Of a stretch of DNA of 64,000 bases, positions 47,549-62,635 are shown in pieces (position 1 is the stretch's first letter; every line of letters starts with the position of its first letter). The notes under the pieces were generated by a model. It did not search any database and had not been told where the DNA came from. It saw only the letters and a list, made by a program, of their open reading frames with translations. Made by a program: the position numbers and the translations under genes. The stretch lies in assembly GCA_963810935.1 (NCBI GenBank), contig CAWEPK010000003.1:1-64000 (forward strand), read 5' to 3'. Origin of the DNA: an uncultured delta proteobacterium (GTDB lineage Bacteria > Desulfobacterota > Syntrophorhabdia > Syntrophorhabdales > WCHB1-27).

Positions 47549-48448
47549 ATGACGTGCTACATGTGCGTAAAGGTGCCCGTAGCGAACCTGCGAAAGACGC
47601 CCAAAGAGGCCATGCCGCTCCTCGTCCGCGATGAAATGCAGGAGAGCCAGCTTCTTTTCAACGAGGTCGTCGCAGTCCGGGAGGAGCGCGGCGATTGGCT
47701 GGCGGTCGATGCGCTCGAGCAGCAGAAGCTCGTCGACGGCACATGGCAGGGCTACCCCGGCTGGATGCGAAAAAAGGACCTTGCGCCTGCGGACGGGCCT
47801 GCACCCTATAACGGTGTAGTAAAGGCGCCCTTCACGACGGCGCGCATTTTACCCGCCGCAAAAGCAGCGGCCGTTTTCCCTCTGGGCCTCGGCACGAGAC
47901 TCTCTTTCACGGACGAGGCGAAGGGGTTTCTGGGGTTTGCGATGGAAGGCGGGAAGCCTGCGTGGGTGGCAAAGGATGCGATTGCGTCGATGCCGCCCAA
48001 AGGCGGCGTAAAGCCCGCGGAAGTAGTCAGGCTCGCACGCCTTTTCCTGGGCGCCGTCTACCTGTGGGGCGGCCGCTCGATGCCGATGCCCTGGGCGGTC
48101 GGCCCCGTCATGGGCATCGATTGCTCGGCCCTCGCGAACCTCGCCTTTCGCGCTGCAGGAATCGATTTACCGAGGGATGCCCACGATCAATGCAAGGCGG
48201 CATCGTCGATAGAGGCAGCATCGTTGAAGGCGGCGGACCTGGTCTTTCTCGCCTCGGCAGGCGTTGACGATACGGTGCGCCACGTGATGGTCCACCTGGG
48301 CGGCGAGCGCCTGATCGAAGCCGCCCAGACGGGCGACATGGTGCGGATAAGCACGTTTCGTGAAAGGCTCGGCGTCTCACTGAAGGAGATCGCGAAAGGG
48401 CATGGCACAGGCCCGGAGAGAAAAATATACTTCGGAAGGATTCTATAA
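47549..48448 (+). CDS. SH3 plus NlpC/P60 (C40) peptidase, YkfC-like
   Basis: GYPGW, YLWGG, GIDCS, LPRDA.DQ and HV motifs. Confidence 0.85.
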   Translation: MTCYMCVKVPVANLRKTPKEAMPLLVRDEMQESQLLFNEVVAVREERGDWLAVDALEQQKLVDGTWQGYPGWMRKKDLAPADGPAPYNGVVKAPFTTARILPAAKAAAVFPLGLGTRLSFTDEAKGFLGFAMEGGKPAWVAKDAIASMPPKGGVKPAEVVRLARLFLGAVYLWGGRSMPMPWAVGPVMGIDCSALANLAFRAAGIDLPRDAHDQCKAASSIEAASLKAADLVFLASAGVDDTVRHVMVHLGGERLIEAAQTGDMVRISTFRERLGVSLKEIAKGHGTGPERKIYFGRIL

Positions 48449-48460
48449 CGGGAGGAAAAT

Positions 48461-48775
48461 ATGTCTGTCTTGTTGGAGCTTGCGATGTTCCCCACGGACA
48501 AGGGCGCGAGCGTGAGCACCTACGTTGCGCGGATCATCGGTATGTTCGATAAAAAGGGCCTTGATTACCGCCTCACGCCGATGGGTACGGTGATCGAGAC
48601 GGACGACCTCGAAACGGGGCTCAAGGCAATCGCCGACGCCTATAAGGAGCTCGAGCCCGACTGTGGAAGGGTCTACGCGACGGCTAAGCTCGACATCAGG
48701 AAGGGCAAGGGCGGCAGGCTCACGCAGAAGATCGAATCCGTCGAGAGCAAGATGGGGAAAAAGGCGAAGACCTGA
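48461..48775 (+). CDS. Thiamine-binding (MTH1187-like) protein
   Basis: SVS.YVA, Y.LTPMGT.IE, RV...KLD.R and KIESV motifs. Confidence 0.85.
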   Translation: MSVLLELAMFPTDKGASVSTYVARIIGMFDKKGLDYRLTPMGTVIETDDLETGLKAIADAYKELEPDCGRVYATAKLDIRKGKGGRLTQKIESVESKMGKKAKT

Positions 48776-48797
48776 GAAAGCCTCGCGCCGCCCCCGG

Positions 48798-49697
48798 TCA
48801 GGCCAACCGGATACGGAACTTCTCGACCATGCGGTCCGGGTTATAGGATAGCTTCGCCTCCCTCAAACCCGGCTCCCCCAGGTCCTGCTCGCGGTTGACG
48901 AAAGGTACGCCCGACCATTCACGCTCGCAGAACTGCTGGTTTATCGCGGCGTAAAGACCGCGTATCTCGACATTCGCTTTCTCTATATGGACGACGGCGG
49001 TCTGCGCATTGAGGCGCTCACCCAGGGTGAACGCCTCGACTTTGCCTTCGATGAGGATCGCCCCGCCTTTTATCTGCAATGCGCGGAAATTCAGGAGGGC
49101 TTCCCGCGTCGCGTCGCCCTCGCCGATCAGGTTCAGGTCCTCTTCGCACCGCCGCAGCTCGCACCACGTGACCGCCATTTCCAGGCAGGCATCGATATGG
49201 CCTTCCTCTATAGGCTCATAAACAAACCTGTAGGAGCGCATGAGGTAATTGAGGTGGTTCCGCTTGGACCGGTACGCCTTGCCTTCCAGCCTGATGAGGT
49301 CGTCGGTCCGGTAGACGTAATCGAAGTGGTCGCGCACGGGCTCGGATGCGAAGCCCCCGTCGGAGGCAAGCTCGGCCGCGAGCCGCGCGTCCGCCCTGTC
49401 TATGCGCGGCGCCTCGACGTGCCTCTCGTCTGCCAGCCACGAAAGGAGCATCCGGGTAACTTCCGCCCGTGACGGCGGCCCGATAGGGGGTAGGGCACAG
49501 ACGCCGTTTCCTGAAGGTGAGCCGATTACCAGCAGCCAATCGCCGAATACGGACCAGGAAAACCCGTAATGCGACCTCCATATGAACATGTTGGTGAAAT
49601 TCAGCTCGGACGTTTCCGGCCCGTAGGCCTCAAGCCTGCCCCTGATGAAGTCCCTGTCTTCGATGCCGACAGGCTTGAATTCCGGAAACTCAGGCAT
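48798..49697 (-). CDS. DUF2156 / GNAT-fold protein
   Basis: SELNFTN, DYVY...L..L.G....KRNH, HIEKA and NREQDLG..GLR.AK.SY.P. Confidence 0.85.
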   Translation of the reverse strand: MPEFPEFKPVGIEDRDFIRGRLEAYGPETSELNFTNMFIWRSHYGFSWSVFGDWLLVIGSPSGNGVCALPPIGPPSRAEVTRMLLSWLADERHVEAPRIDRADARLAAELASDGGFASEPVRDHFDYVYRTDDLIRLEGKAYRSKRNHLNYLMRSYRFVYEPIEEGHIDACLEMAVTWCELRRCEEDLNLIGEGDATREALLNFRALQIKGGAILIEGKVEAFTLGERLNAQTAVVHIEKANVEIRGLYAAINQQFCEREWSGVPFVNREQDLGEPGLREAKLSYNPDRMVEKFRIRLA

Positions 49698-51763
49698 CAG
49701 GACGGTTCCTTTTCGGGAACTTGCGCGAGCGTGGCCTTCCAAGCTTCTGCGCAGGCGTCGCTCGGGGCGCGCCAGTCGGCTCGCGGAGAGAGGGAGCCGC
49801 CCGACCCTACCTTCGGTCCGTTGGCTATGCAGCTTCGCTTGTACTGGCTCGTCTCGAAGAAGCGGTCGACGAAAACGGAGAGCCAGCGCTTGATCTCGCC
49901 TATGGTGTAAGAGACGCGTTTTGCTTCAGGCACGTCGGGCCACGCGCCCTTGCTCTTGTCGTGCCACGCGGTCCATGAGAGGAAGGCCGCCTTCGGCGGC
50001 GCGTAACCGAAACGGAGTATGTAGTAGAGCGTGAAATCCTGCAGGCTGTACGGCCCGACTACGTCCTCCGAGCGCTGCCCCGGCTCTTCGCTGTTTTCCG
50101 CAGGGATAAGCTCCGGGCTGATCTCCGTGTCGAGGACATCCATAAGGGCCCTGCTCGCCTCAGGCCCGAAGAACTCTTTGTCGGCAACCCAGCGGATAAG
50201 GTACTGGACGAGCGTCTTGGGCACGCTCGAATTTACGTGGTAGTGCGCCATGTGGTCACCCACGCCGTATGTAGACCATCCGAGGGCAAGCTCCGACAAA
50301 TCGCTCGTCCCTACCACGAGGCCGCCCCGCAGGTTGGCAAGCCTGAACAGGTGGCTCGTCCGCTCTCCCGCCTGTACGTTCTCGAAGGTAATGTCATAGA
50401 CAGGCTCAGCCTTAGCAAAGGGGTGACCGATGTCTTTGAACATCTGGAGGCACGACGGCTTTATATCGATCTCTTCGAAGGAGCAGCCCAGCGCGGCAAT
50501 CAGCCTGCGCGCCTGGTCCATCGTGCGGGCGCTCGTCGCAAAACCGGGCAGCAGGCAGGCGATGACGTTCGTCCTCGGCAACCCCCTGACGTCCATGGCC
50601 CGGACTGCCACGATGAGCGCCTGCGTAGAGTCGAGGCCGCCTGATACGCCGATCACGACCTTCTTTATGCGCGCGAAATCGAGCCGCTTTGCCAGCCCCT
50701 GCACCTGTATCTCGTAGACCTCTGCGCACCTGTGGTCCTGACCCTCGACGTCCGACGGCACGAAGGGGAACCGCTCGTAGGCGCGGTCGAGTAAAAGGGC
50801 CTTGTCCCGGGGGACTGCCGCGTCGACGGGGAGCGTGCGGAAGGCCGCGACATCGCCGGCGTGGCGCAGGACCGATTGGCCGAAGCTGTTCTGCCGCATC
50901 CGGTCCTGGCTGAGCCTCTCCAGGTCTACATCGCCGGTCACAAGCTGCGCTTCGTAGGAGAAGCGCTTCGATTCGGCGAGTTTCGTCCCGTTCTCGTAGA
51001 TCATGGCCTGGCCGTCCCAGGCGAGGTCTGTCGTCGATTCGCCGAACCCGGCCGACGTGTATACGTAGGCGGCGATGCAGCCGGCCGACTGGTTGGCGAC
51101 GAGCTGCCGCCTGTACCCTGCCTTACCGACAGTTACATTCGACCCCGACAGGTTGACGAGGACGGTCGCGCCTGCGAGGGCCGCGTAAGACGAAGGCGGG
51201 ATGGGCACCCACAGGTCTTCGCAGATCTCGACGAAGAAGCGCAGGTCCGGCTGGGCGGGCGTCTGAAAAATGAGTTTCGTCCCGAAGGGAACGTCGTGTC
51301 CGAAAAGCGCGATCCGGTCACAGGCCGCGTAGTCCGCCGGCGCGAAGTAGCGCATCTCGTAGTACTCGCGATAATTTGGCAGGTACGTCTTCGGCACGAC
51401 GCCGATGATATTCCCGCCGTAGATGGTTGCCGCGCAGTTGAAAAGAAGGCTGTTCAGGCGGAGCGGCAGGCCGACTACCGTAACAATGGGGACCCCTGCG
51501 GAGGCCTCGGCGACTTTCGAAAGGGCGTCGAGGCAGCCTGCAAGCAGCGCCTCCTGGTGGAAGAGGTCATCGCACGAATAGCCGGCAAGGCCCAGCTCCG
51601 GGAAGGCAACGACGAGCGCGTTTCGCTTCGCCGCCTCTTTCATCAAGGCGATTGTCTGCTCCGCGTTGAAAGCGGGGTTTGCTACGCGGACCGCAGGTAT
51701 CGCAGCGGCTATGCGGACGAAATTATGGTTATAAAGGTTGAAAAACTCACCTTCCTGCACCAT
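49697..51763 (-). CDS. nadE: Glutamine-dependent NAD+ synthetase
   Basis: Nitrilase domain FPEL, PK.YLPNY.EY.E.R.F, EICEDLW; synthetase GVSGGLDST, ENVQAGER, SPEL. Confidence 0.93.
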   Translation of the reverse strand: MVQEGEFFNLYNHNFVRIAAAIPAVRVANPAFNAEQTIALMKEAAKRNALVVAFPELGLAGYSCDDLFHQEALLAGCLDALSKVAEASAGVPIVTVVGLPLRLNSLLFNCAATIYGGNIIGVVPKTYLPNYREYYEMRYFAPADYAACDRIALFGHDVPFGTKLIFQTPAQPDLRFFVEICEDLWVPIPPSSYAALAGATVLVNLSGSNVTVGKAGYRRQLVANQSAGCIAAYVYTSAGFGESTTDLAWDGQAMIYENGTKLAESKRFSYEAQLVTGDVDLERLSQDRMRQNSFGQSVLRHAGDVAAFRTLPVDAAVPRDKALLLDRAYERFPFVPSDVEGQDHRCAEVYEIQVQGLAKRLDFARIKKVVIGVSGGLDSTQALIVAVRAMDVRGLPRTNVIACLLPGFATSARTMDQARRLIAALGCSFEEIDIKPSCLQMFKDIGHPFAKAEPVYDITFENVQAGERTSHLFRLANLRGGLVVGTSDLSELALGWSTYGVGDHMAHYHVNSSVPKTLVQYLIRWVADKEFFGPEASRALMDVLDTEISPELIPAENSEEPGQRSEDVVGPYSLQDFTLYYILRFGYAPPKAAFLSWTAWHDKSKGAWPDVPEAKRVSYTIGEIKRWLSVFVDRFFETSQYKRSCIANGPKVGSGGSLSPRADWRAPSDACAEAWKATLAQVPEKEPS

Positions 51764-51810
51764 CTTCCGTCCTCCGTTGGTTAGGGGCGGTTAAAAGGCG
51801 GACGCCCGCG

Positions 51811-55465
<3,655 letters not shown>

Positions 55466-55476
<11 letters not shown>

Positions 55477-56011
55477 GTTTTATCTTCCATAGGGGGGCAT
55501 AAACGGCGCCGCCCGGCGTCAGCGTGCTGCTGTAAAGAACGAGATGCTCTATCGAGAACGTCTTTCCCTCGATAGGTGGGGGGTCGCCGTCGAGAAACGC
55601 CCTCGGCACCCTCCTCCTCCCCAACGTGATATGGGGCACAAAGCCTCTCTTATCCTTTTCTATGTCCAGGGCCGCAAGCCTCTCTTCAATATCCGCGAAT
55701 ACGGCCTGGGTCTCCGCGATGCCTTCCTGCAGGCCCACCACGATGACCCGCGCGCTCCTTTTGCTGGGGAAGGCATCGAGTTGCCCGAGCCTGGCGGCGA
55801 TGGGGCCATGCAGCCCGCTTATCGGGGCCAGCGCCTCCTGCATGGGCAGCACCATCGATTCGGCGATCTCGCCCAGGAACTTCACCGTTATATGTATGCC
55901 TTCGTTCCTGACCCAGCGCACCCCTTCGGTCCGCTTAGCCAGCCTGTCGATCACGCCCTTCAGGTAGGCGGTGATATCGCCCGGGACGTCGAAGGCGAGG
56001 AACGTCCTCAC
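55466..56011 (-). CDS. thpR: RNA 2',3'-cyclic phosphodiesterase (2H family)
   Basis: Two HxT motifs: HITVKFLG and PHITLGR. Confidence 0.9.
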
Positions 56012-56487
56012 AACTGCCTCCCTTCGAGATAGTCGATCGCGAAAGCGAGCGCCTTGTCAGCGCTTTGTTGTTTTATCGCCGGACGGCCGCCCGTGAGCAT
56101 GTGCCGCCTGACGTAAACCCCTTCCTTGACGGCAAGCCCCATGTAGACCGTCCCGACGGGCTTGTCCGGCAGGCCGCCGCCGGGGCCTGCGATGCCTGTA
56201 ACGGAGAGGCCGATATCTGCGCCTGTCGCTCTTTTGACCCCTTCGGCCATCTTCCCGGCCGTCTCCCGGCTCACCGCCCCTTTTGCGGCAATTGTCTTCT
56301 CCGGCACGGACAGGAACGATTCTTTCGCCGCGTTACTGTACGTCACAAGGCCGGCAAGGAAATAGTCCGAGGACCCCGCTATGTCGGTGATCCTGCTCGA
56401 AATGAGGCCGCCCGTGCAGGATTCCGCGACTGCGATGGTCAGGCCCCTTGCCCGCAACGTCTCGCCCAGCCTTTCCTCGGGGCTCAT
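56008..56487 (-). CDS. cinA: CinA C-terminal domain / NMN amidohydrolase
   Basis: VAESCTGG, GSS.YF, GAVS and TGIAGPGG...KPVGTV. Confidence 0.9.
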   Translation of the reverse strand: MSPEERLGETLRARGLTIAVAESCTGGLISSRITDIAGSSDYFLAGLVTYSNAAKESFLSVPEKTIAAKGAVSRETAGKMAEGVKRATGADIGLSVTGIAGPGGGLPDKPVGTVYMGLAVKEGVYVRRHMLTGGRPAIKQQSADKALAFAIDYLEGRQL

Positions 56488-56921
56488 AAGAGCTTCTCCA
56501 AAATAAGGAGCGCAACGTTCGCGTAAGCGCCGGCGAGTATGTCGTCCGCGATGATGCCGTAGGCGCCCGGCAGGCGCTCCAGGTTTCTTACCGGATAGGG
56601 TTTTAGTATATCAAAGACGCGGAAGAGAATAAAGGCTTCGATGATCGTCTGGACGGTAAGGACATGACCTCCCAGGGCGATCAGCATGCCGAGCATCTCG
56701 TCCACAACGATGCGGCCCGGGTCCGTTTCCCCCCTCCTTGCCACCTCTACGGCGGGATAAGCCAGGATCGCAACGATAGTTATAACAGCGGGGTTGCCGA
56801 AGGAGGGGATGAGGTAGAGGATGATGCATGTGAGGGCCGAGGCCCACGTGCCCGGCGCGATGGGCAGGTAACCCGAATAACTGCATGTGGCGTACCACTC
56901 GCAGACCCTATCTTTTATCAC
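56484..56921 (-). CDS. pgpA: Phosphatidylglycerophosphatase A
   Basis: APGTWAS, DP..IVVDE..G, FR.FDI.KP and DD.LAG. Confidence 0.9.
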   Translation of the reverse strand: MIKDRVCEWYATCSYSGYLPIAPGTWASALTCIILYLIPSFGNPAVITIVAILAYPAVEVARRGETDPGRIVVDEMLGMLIALGGHVLTVQTIIEAFILFRVFDILKPYPVRNLERLPGAYGIIADDILAGAYANVALLILEKLL

Positions 56922-57294
56922 CGTAGACCGCTTCCTCGTCGAACACCTTCTCGCCGGCCGTCTCCCAGCCGTCTTTCCATGTCCTGTAGAAGCAACTGAA
57001 ATACCCCGTGTGGCATGCCGCGACCTGCTGGTCGACGACGAGCAGTAGCGTGTCCGCGTCGCAGTCGAGACGGATATTGCGCACTTGCTGGTAGTGGCCG
57101 GACGTCTCCCCCTTGAGCCACAAGGTCTTCCGGGAGCGCGAGTAGTAGTGCGCGCGGCCGGTTTCCTGCGTGAGCTTCAGGGCCTCCGCGTTCATATATG
57201 CGACCATGACGACCTGCCTCGTCTTCTCGTCCTGCACGACTACCGGGACCAGGCCGTTTGCATCCCATTTTATCAATTTGGTTATATCTTCCAT
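56908..57294 (-). CDS. hisI: Phosphoribosyl-AMP cyclohydrolase
   Basis: [20 protein letters not shown] and ACHTG..SCF. Confidence 0.93.
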   Translation of the reverse strand: MEDITKLIKWDANGLVPVVVQDEKTRQVVMVAYMNAEALKLTQETGRAHYYSRSRKTLWLKGETSGHYQQVRNIRLDCDADTLLLVVDQQVAACHTGYFSCFYRTWKDGWETAGEKVFDEEAVYGDKR

Positions 57295-57310
57295 ATTCTT
57301 TGCCTCTAGG

Positions 57311-58066
57311 TTACAGCCGGACGTTTACCCCCCTGGATTTCAGGTATTTTTTTGCATCAATCACCGTGTGCTCGCGGTAGTGGAAGATCGAGGCAGCGAG
57401 CACCGCGTCGGCCTTTCCGTCGACGAGGCCTTCATACATGTGCTCGAGCGTCCCGACTCCGCCGGAGGCGATAACGGGTATATTGACCGCCTCCGAGATC
57501 GTCCTCGTCAGCGGTATGTGGTAGCCGATCTTGGTGCCGTCCCTGTCCATGCTCGTAAGGAGTATCTCGCCTGCGCCGAGGCCTTGCGCTTTTTTCGCCC
57601 ATTCGACCGCGTCGACGCCCGTGGCCTTTCGGCCTCCGTACGTGTAAACCTCGTAGCCGTCTCCTTTTGCCTTTGCGTCGATGGCTACGCAGATGCACTG
57701 GCTGCCGAAAATCTCGCTTGACCGGGCTATGATGTCCGGGTCCTCGACTGCGGCCGTGTTGATAGTCACTTTGTCCGCCCCCGCGAGGAGTATGTCCCTT
57801 ATGTCGTCGAGGCCCCGTATCCCGCCGCCTACCGTAAGGGGCATGAAGACCTCCGCGGCTACCGCCTCGACTACGTTGATGATTGTCTTCCTCGACTCGT
57901 GGGACGCGGTTATGTCGAGGAAGCACAGCTCGTCCGCCATCTGCTCCTCGTATGCCTTTGCGTTCTCGACAGGCCCGCCTGCGTCCTTCAGGTCGATGAA
58001 GTTCGTACCCTTCACGACCCTTCCTTCCTTGACGTCGAGGCAGGGGATGATCCGTTTAGTCAGCAT
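57311..58066 (-). CDS. hisF: Imidazole glycerol phosphate synthase cyclase subunit
   Basis: [29 protein letters not shown] and LAASIFH. Confidence 0.96.
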   Translation of the reverse strand: MLTKRIIPCLDVKEGRVVKGTNFIDLKDAGGPVENAKAYEEQMADELCFLDITASHESRKTIINVVEAVAAEVFMPLTVGGGIRGLDDIRDILLAGADKVTINTAAVEDPDIIARSSEIFGSQCICVAIDAKAKGDGYEVYTYGGRKATGVDAVEWAKKAQGLGAGEILLTSMDRDGTKIGYHIPLTRTISEAVNIPVIASGGVGTLEHMYEGLVDGKADAVLAASIFHYREHTVIDAKKYLKSRGVNVRL

Positions 58067-58763
58067 AACTCATTGCCTCCCCGATGCCGATGCGCCCTTC
58101 GTAAAACGCCTTGCCGACGATTGCGGCCCAGACGTCCAAGTCTTTGAGCGCCTTCAAATCGTCGATGCCCGCCACCCCGCCGCTGGCTATGACGGGGAGG
58201 TCCGTCATCGATTTTATTTTTTTCAGGCCGGCGTAATCCGCGCCTGTCAGCATACCGTCTCTCGCGATGTTCGTGCACAGGAGCGCCATGATGCCCACCC
58301 TGCGGGCGTCTTCCAGGGTCTTTTCCAGCGTGACGGCGGCAGCCTCTTTCCAGCCTTTCACCATCAGCTTGCCCTCGTACGTGTCGAGGCCGAGCACGAT
58401 GTTGCGCCAGGCGGCGAGGCCTTCGAAGAAGACGGGGTCCGTAAGCGCCCTCGTCCCTACGATCAGGCCGTTCACGCCTGCGGCCTGGTATGCGGCTATA
58501 TCTTCCGTGGAGCGGATGCCGCCCCCGACTTCCAGGTAGCCCGCAATTTTTTCGCGGATCGCCTCTATCACGGGGCGGTGCGCTGCGCTGCCCGTCCGCG
58601 CGCCGTCCAAGTCGATCACGTGGAAGTCGCGCGCGCCTTCGGCAGTCATGCGCCCGATCATCGCGGCCGGGTCGCCGCCGTAGACGGTCATCCGCTCGAA
58701 GTCGCCCCGGACGAGCCTGACAAAGCGCCCGCCTGATAAATCCATCGCAAAGAGTATCTTCAC
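58056..58763 (-). CDS. hisA: ProFAR isomerase
   Basis: [29 protein letters not shown] and ASGGV. Confidence 0.92.
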   Translation of the reverse strand: MKILFAMDLSGGRFVRLVRGDFERMTVYGGDPAAMIGRMTAEGARDFHVIDLDGARTGSAAHRPVIEAIREKIAGYLEVGGGIRSTEDIAAYQAAGVNGLIVGTRALTDPVFFEGLAAWRNIVLGLDTYEGKLMVKGWKEAAAVTLEKTLEDARRVGIMALLCTNIARDGMLTGADYAGLKKIKSMTDLPVIASGGVAGIDDLKALKDLDVWAAIVGKAFYEGRIGIGEAMSYAD

Positions 58764-59302
58764 TGCCCTTCTGCCTGGCGGCCAGGCGCAAGCTCCTGCG
58801 CCATGCTGTCGAGCGCCTTATCGACGCCCTCTCGCGCAAGCGCCTCCGCAGTGATCCACTTCGCCCCGCGCCGCAGGAAAGTAAAGAAGCCGAAGACGTT
58901 CTCGGAGAGCGCCTGCTGCGTCTCCTGGAAGACATAAACCTTCAGGAGGCCTCCGGGGCCGATGAGGTGGACGTGGTAGCCTACGCTCGCAGGCCGCTCC
59001 ACCGAAAAATTGCCGCCCCTGCGCTGCTGGAAGCGGTAAACGAGCACGTTGAGGTAGCTCGTCTCCCCCTGTTCCGTCGTAAACGATATGCCTCTTTCCC
59101 GGAGTGCGCTGCCGAACTCCGTTGAAAGCACGGTCTCCGCGTCTTCGTGTACGCCCCCCGGCACGATCACCCGGTGGCAGATAGGGCAGACGTTCGTCTC
59201 CGTATCCGCGAGCCGCTCTACGTAGAGCCCCAGGGCTGAGGCGCCGCCGGCCAGCCCCAGAAGCATGACGAGCATCATGACTATCGGTCTTGCTACGCGC
59301 AT
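58760..59302 (-). CDS. Hypothetical secreted protein with CxxCH-like motif
   Basis: Signal peptide MRVARPIVMMLVMLLGLAGGASA; CPICH; overlaps hisH and hisA. Confidence 0.7.
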   Translation of the reverse strand: MRVARPIVMMLVMLLGLAGGASALGLYVERLADTETNVCPICHRVIVPGGVHEDAETVLSTEFGSALRERGISFTTEQGETSYLNVLVYRFQQRRGGNFSVERPASVGYHVHLIGPGGLLKVYVFQETQQALSENVFGFFTFLRRGAKWITAEALAREGVDKALDSMAQELAPGRQAEGQ

Positions 59303-59898
59303 AAGCGCACAAAATTCCTCAGGAGCTGCATGCCGATGGCCTGGCTTTTCTCGGGATGGTACTGGCAGGCGAAGATGTTCTCCTTCTGCAGCGCCGAGGT
59401 GAACCGCCCGCCGTAATCGGTAAACGTGGCGGTGACCGGCTCCTCCGGCGACGGATAGTAGGAGTGGACGAAATAGAAGTAGGAGCCGTCGGCGACGCCG
59501 TCGAACATGGGCGACGGCTTTGCGATCTCCACGTTGTTCCAGCCCATGTGGGGTATCTTCATGTCGCCCTTGAAACGGACCACCCGGCCCCGGATCACGG
59601 ACATGCCTTCGACCCCCGGCGCCTCTTCGGATGAATCGAGGAGGATCTGCATGCCGAGGCAGATGCCGAGATACGGCTTGCCGGCCGCAATCGCTTCCTT
59701 GATGACGTCTATAAGGCCCGAGTTCCTCAGGTTCTCCATGCACTTGCCGAAGGCGCCTACGCCCGGCAGCACGAGGCCGGCTGCTTCCCTGACGGTACTA
59801 GCGTCGCTCGTTATCATGATGGGAGCGTCGAGGCGCCTGAAGGCGTTCGTAACGCTCCTCAGGTTCCCCATCCCGTAGTCGATTATTGCTATCATCAC
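59293..59898 (-). CDS. hisH: Imidazole glycerol phosphate synthase glutaminase subunit
   Basis: DYGMGNLRSV, LPGVGAF, LGICLGMQ, PHMGWN, YFVHSY and HPEKS. Confidence 0.95.
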   Translation of the reverse strand: MMIAIIDYGMGNLRSVTNAFRRLDAPIMITSDASTVREAAGLVLPGVGAFGKCMENLRNSGLIDVIKEAIAAGKPYLGICLGMQILLDSSEEAPGVEGMSVIRGRVVRFKGDMKIPHMGWNNVEIAKPSPMFDGVADGSYFYFVHSYYPSPEEPVTATFTDYGGRFTSALQKENIFACQYHPEKSQAIGMQLLRNFVRLCA

Positions 59899-60479
59899 AG
59901 GCAGCCTTTTGTCGAGAGCGCTCCCTTCACCCTTTCGTCGCAGGTCACCGCGTCCCGCAGCGCCCTTCCGGAGGCCTTGAATATCGCTTCGATCTTATGG
60001 TGCAGGTTTTCGCCTGCCATGAGGTTCACGTGGAGGGTGATGCGCGCCTCGTTCGCGAAGCCCCTGAAAAATTCCTTTATCACCTCGCCGTCGAAGGAGC
60101 CCACCTTGCCGTTGATATCTCCCTGCCAGAAAAGGCCCGGCCTGCCGGAGAGGTCTACGGCGACCATGCAGAGCGCCTCGTCCATGGGCAGCACGCAGTG
60201 GCCGAACCGCCTTATGCCTTCGAACGCGGGCAGCGCCTCCCGCAATGCCTTCCCGAGGGTGATGCCCGTATCCTCGATCGTGTGGTGCGAGTCGATATCG
60301 ATGTCGCCGACTGCTTCTATGGTGAGGTCGAAGAAGCCGTGCCTGGCGAAAAGCTCCAGCATGTGGTTGAAGAAGGGGACCCCTGTAGACACCTTGTAGG
60401 TGCCGCTGCCGTCGAGCTTCCAGCCGACCTTTATCCGGGTCTCGTTCGTCTTCCGCTTGACTTCCGATTTCCTCTTCAT
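59895..60479 (-). CDS. hisB: Imidazoleglycerol-phosphate dehydratase
   Basis: RKTNET, FFNHML, HHTIED, PMDEAL and NLHH..EA.FKA. Confidence 0.95.
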   Translation of the reverse strand: MKRKSEVKRKTNETRIKVGWKLDGSGTYKVSTGVPFFNHMLELFARHGFFDLTIEAVGDIDIDSHHTIEDTGITLGKALREALPAFEGIRRFGHCVLPMDEALCMVAVDLSGRPGLFWQGDINGKVGSFDGEVIKEFFRGFANEARITLHVNLMAGENLHHKIEAIFKASGRALRDAVTCDERVKGALSTKGCL

Positions 60480-60488
60480 CGCCTCCCC

Positions 60489-61358
60489 CTAGAGTATAAC
60501 CTTATTCAGCGGATATTCCACGATGCCCGTGGCCCCCGCCCTGCGCAGGGTCGGTATGATGTCCCGCACTATGTTCTCGTCGATGATCACCTCTATCGCG
60601 ACCCATTCCCCGTCTGCCAGGCCCGAAACCGTAGGCGTGTGCAGGGAAGGGAGGATGCGCGTCACGGCGGCCAGCTTGTTCTTCGGGATATTCATCTTGA
60701 GGCCGACCTTCCCGTCGGCCAGAAGCGCCGCGTCGAGGAGCATGACCAGGTTTTCGATCTTCGTCTTTTTCCACTTGTTCTGCATGGCCGCCTTGTTGGC
60801 GATCACGACGGTTTCCGATTCGAGTATCGTCTCTATGATGCGCAGGTTGTTTGCCACAAGAGAGGCGCCCGTCTCCGTCACCTCGACGATGGCGTCTGCC
60901 AGCCGCGGCGGCTTCGCCTCCGTCGCGCCCCATGAATACTCGACGACTGCGTCGATCTTCTGCGATTTGAGGTAGCGCGTCGTAAAGCCGACGAGCTCGG
61001 TCGCGATCTTCTTTCCCTTAAGGCCCGAAATGCTCTTTATGGGTGAATCGACCGGCACGGCCACGACCCACTTGACGGCCCGGAAGCCGACTTTGCCGTA
61101 GCGCAGTCGCGCCACTTCGACGACCTTGGCGTTCTGTTCGAGCACCCAGTCGAGGCCCGTGATCCCCATGTCCAGGATGCCGTTCTCGACGTAGCGCCCC
61201 ATCTCCTGCGCCCTTATTACGAGCCCTTCGAGCTCGGGGTCGTCGATATCCGGCACGTAGGAGCGCTCACGCAGCTTCACGTGATACCCGGCGTTCTTGA
61301 AAAGCCTGAGCGTGCTCTCCTGCAAGCTCCCTTTCGGTATGCCTATCTTCAATATCAA
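60489..61358 (-). CDS. hisG: ATP phosphoribosyltransferase (long form)
   Basis: [22 protein letters not shown] and C-terminal PTVS domain; AAGGAG plus TTG start. Confidence 0.92.
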   Translation of the reverse strand: MILKIGIPKGSLQESTLRLFKNAGYHVKLRERSYVPDIDDPELEGLVIRAQEMGRYVENGILDMGITGLDWVLEQNAKVVEVARLRYGKVGFRAVKWVVAVPVDSPIKSISGLKGKKIATELVGFTTRYLKSQKIDAVVEYSWGATEAKPPRLADAIVEVTETGASLVANNLRIIETILESETVVIANKAAMQNKWKKTKIENLVMLLDAALLADGKVGLKMNIPKNKLAAVTRILPSLHTPTVSGLADGEWVAIEVIIDENIVRDIIPTLRRAGATGIVEYPLNKVIL

Positions 61359-61360
61359 CT

Positions 61361-62635
61361 CTAAAGCTCCTTTCTCGCCCTTATCGCCTCGCCGTGCGCA
61401 TACAACCCTTCCGTATCTGCGAGCCGGGCAGCCCATTCCCCGTGTTTTGCGAGGAATGACTCATCTATCTTAACCAAAACCTGCCTCTTTGTAAATCGTT
61501 CCACGGAAAGCCCCGATGAGAACCTGCCCGCCCCGCCCGTAGGCAGCACGTGGTTCGTGCCTATCGCGTAATCGCCCATGGCTACAGGCGTAAGAGGGCC
61601 GATGTAAGTGACGCCCGCGTAGCGGATGCGCTCGGCCAGCTTTTCGTCGCCTATCACTTCCAGGTGCTCGGGCGCTATGCGGTCGATTGCGCGGATCGCA
61701 TCCTCGACGCTCGTGTAATGGACCAAAAAACCGTTCTTGGCCAGCGCCCGCTCCACGATGGCCCGCCGCTTGTTGCCGCCGATGAGGCGCTCCATGCACT
61801 TGAGCAGGCCGTAGAGCTCTTCCTGGGAAGGGGAGAAAAGTCCGACCGTCGCCATCTCGTCATGCTCCGCCTGCGAAAAGAGGTCCCATGCGAGCGCATC
61901 CGCGCTCATGCGTTCCTCGGCAAGGATGATAAGCTCGCTCGGGCCTGCGAGCATGTCGATGCCGACTGTGCCGTAGACGTCCCTTTTCGCCTCTTCGACG
62001 TATGCGTTGCCCGGCCCCACGATCATGTCGACTTTGGGTATCGAGCCGACGCCGTAGGCGAACGCGTAAATTGCCTGCGCTCCGCCGATACGGTAAAGGC
62101 CGGTGACGTTAAGGAGCTTCGCTGCAGCGGCGATGTGCGGGTTGATCGCCCCGTCATGGGCGGGTGTCGTCGCATAAATCCTCTCGACCCCCGCAATCCG
62201 GGCCGGCACGGCCCCCATTACGAGGCTCGAAGGGTAGGGCGCAGTGCCGCCGGGCACATAGACGAGGGCCGTCTCGACCGGCACGGGCCGGTCCGTCACT
62301 TTAAGGCCCTGCCTCCTATACGTGCGCACCCGCTGCCGCTGGCTGCGGTGAAAGAGGGTCACATTGCGTATCATCGCCTGGAGGGCAAGCTTCTCTTCTT
62401 TGCCGATGCCGGAGGCGCACGCCTCGATCTCTTCGTCGCTTACCTTAAGGGGGTAGTCGCGCGTCCAGCCGTCGAATTGCCTGCCATATGCGCACAGGGC
62501 GGCCTCACCTTTCTCGACAACCCCGGCCTTTATGGCCGCGACCCTTCCTCTGACATCCGCCTTCCGCCCCTCTCTCGCAGAACAGACCGCTTCGATGAAG
62601 GCGTCGAATTCGCTCTCAAGATGCCAGATTTTCAT
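61361..62635 (-). CDS. hisD: Histidinol dehydrogenase
   Basis: [42 protein letters not shown] and GTNHVLPT. Confidence 0.94.
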   Translation of the reverse strand: MKIWHLESEFDAFIEAVCSAREGRKADVRGRVAAIKAGVVEKGEAALCAYGRQFDGWTRDYPLKVSDEEIEACASGIGKEEKLALQAMIRNVTLFHRSQRQRVRTYRRQGLKVTDRPVPVETALVYVPGGTAPYPSSLVMGAVPARIAGVERIYATTPAHDGAINPHIAAAAKLLNVTGLYRIGGAQAIYAFAYGVGSIPKVDMIVGPGNAYVEEAKRDVYGTVGIDMLAGPSELIILAEERMSADALAWDLFSQAEHDEMATVGLFSPSQEELYGLLKCMERLIGGNKRRAIVERALAKNGFLVHYTSVEDAIRAIDRIAPEHLEVIGDEKLAERIRYAGVTYIGPLTPVAMGDYAIGTNHVLPTGGAGRFSSGLSVERFTKRQVLVKIDESFLAKHGEWAARLADTEGLYAHGEAIRARKEL

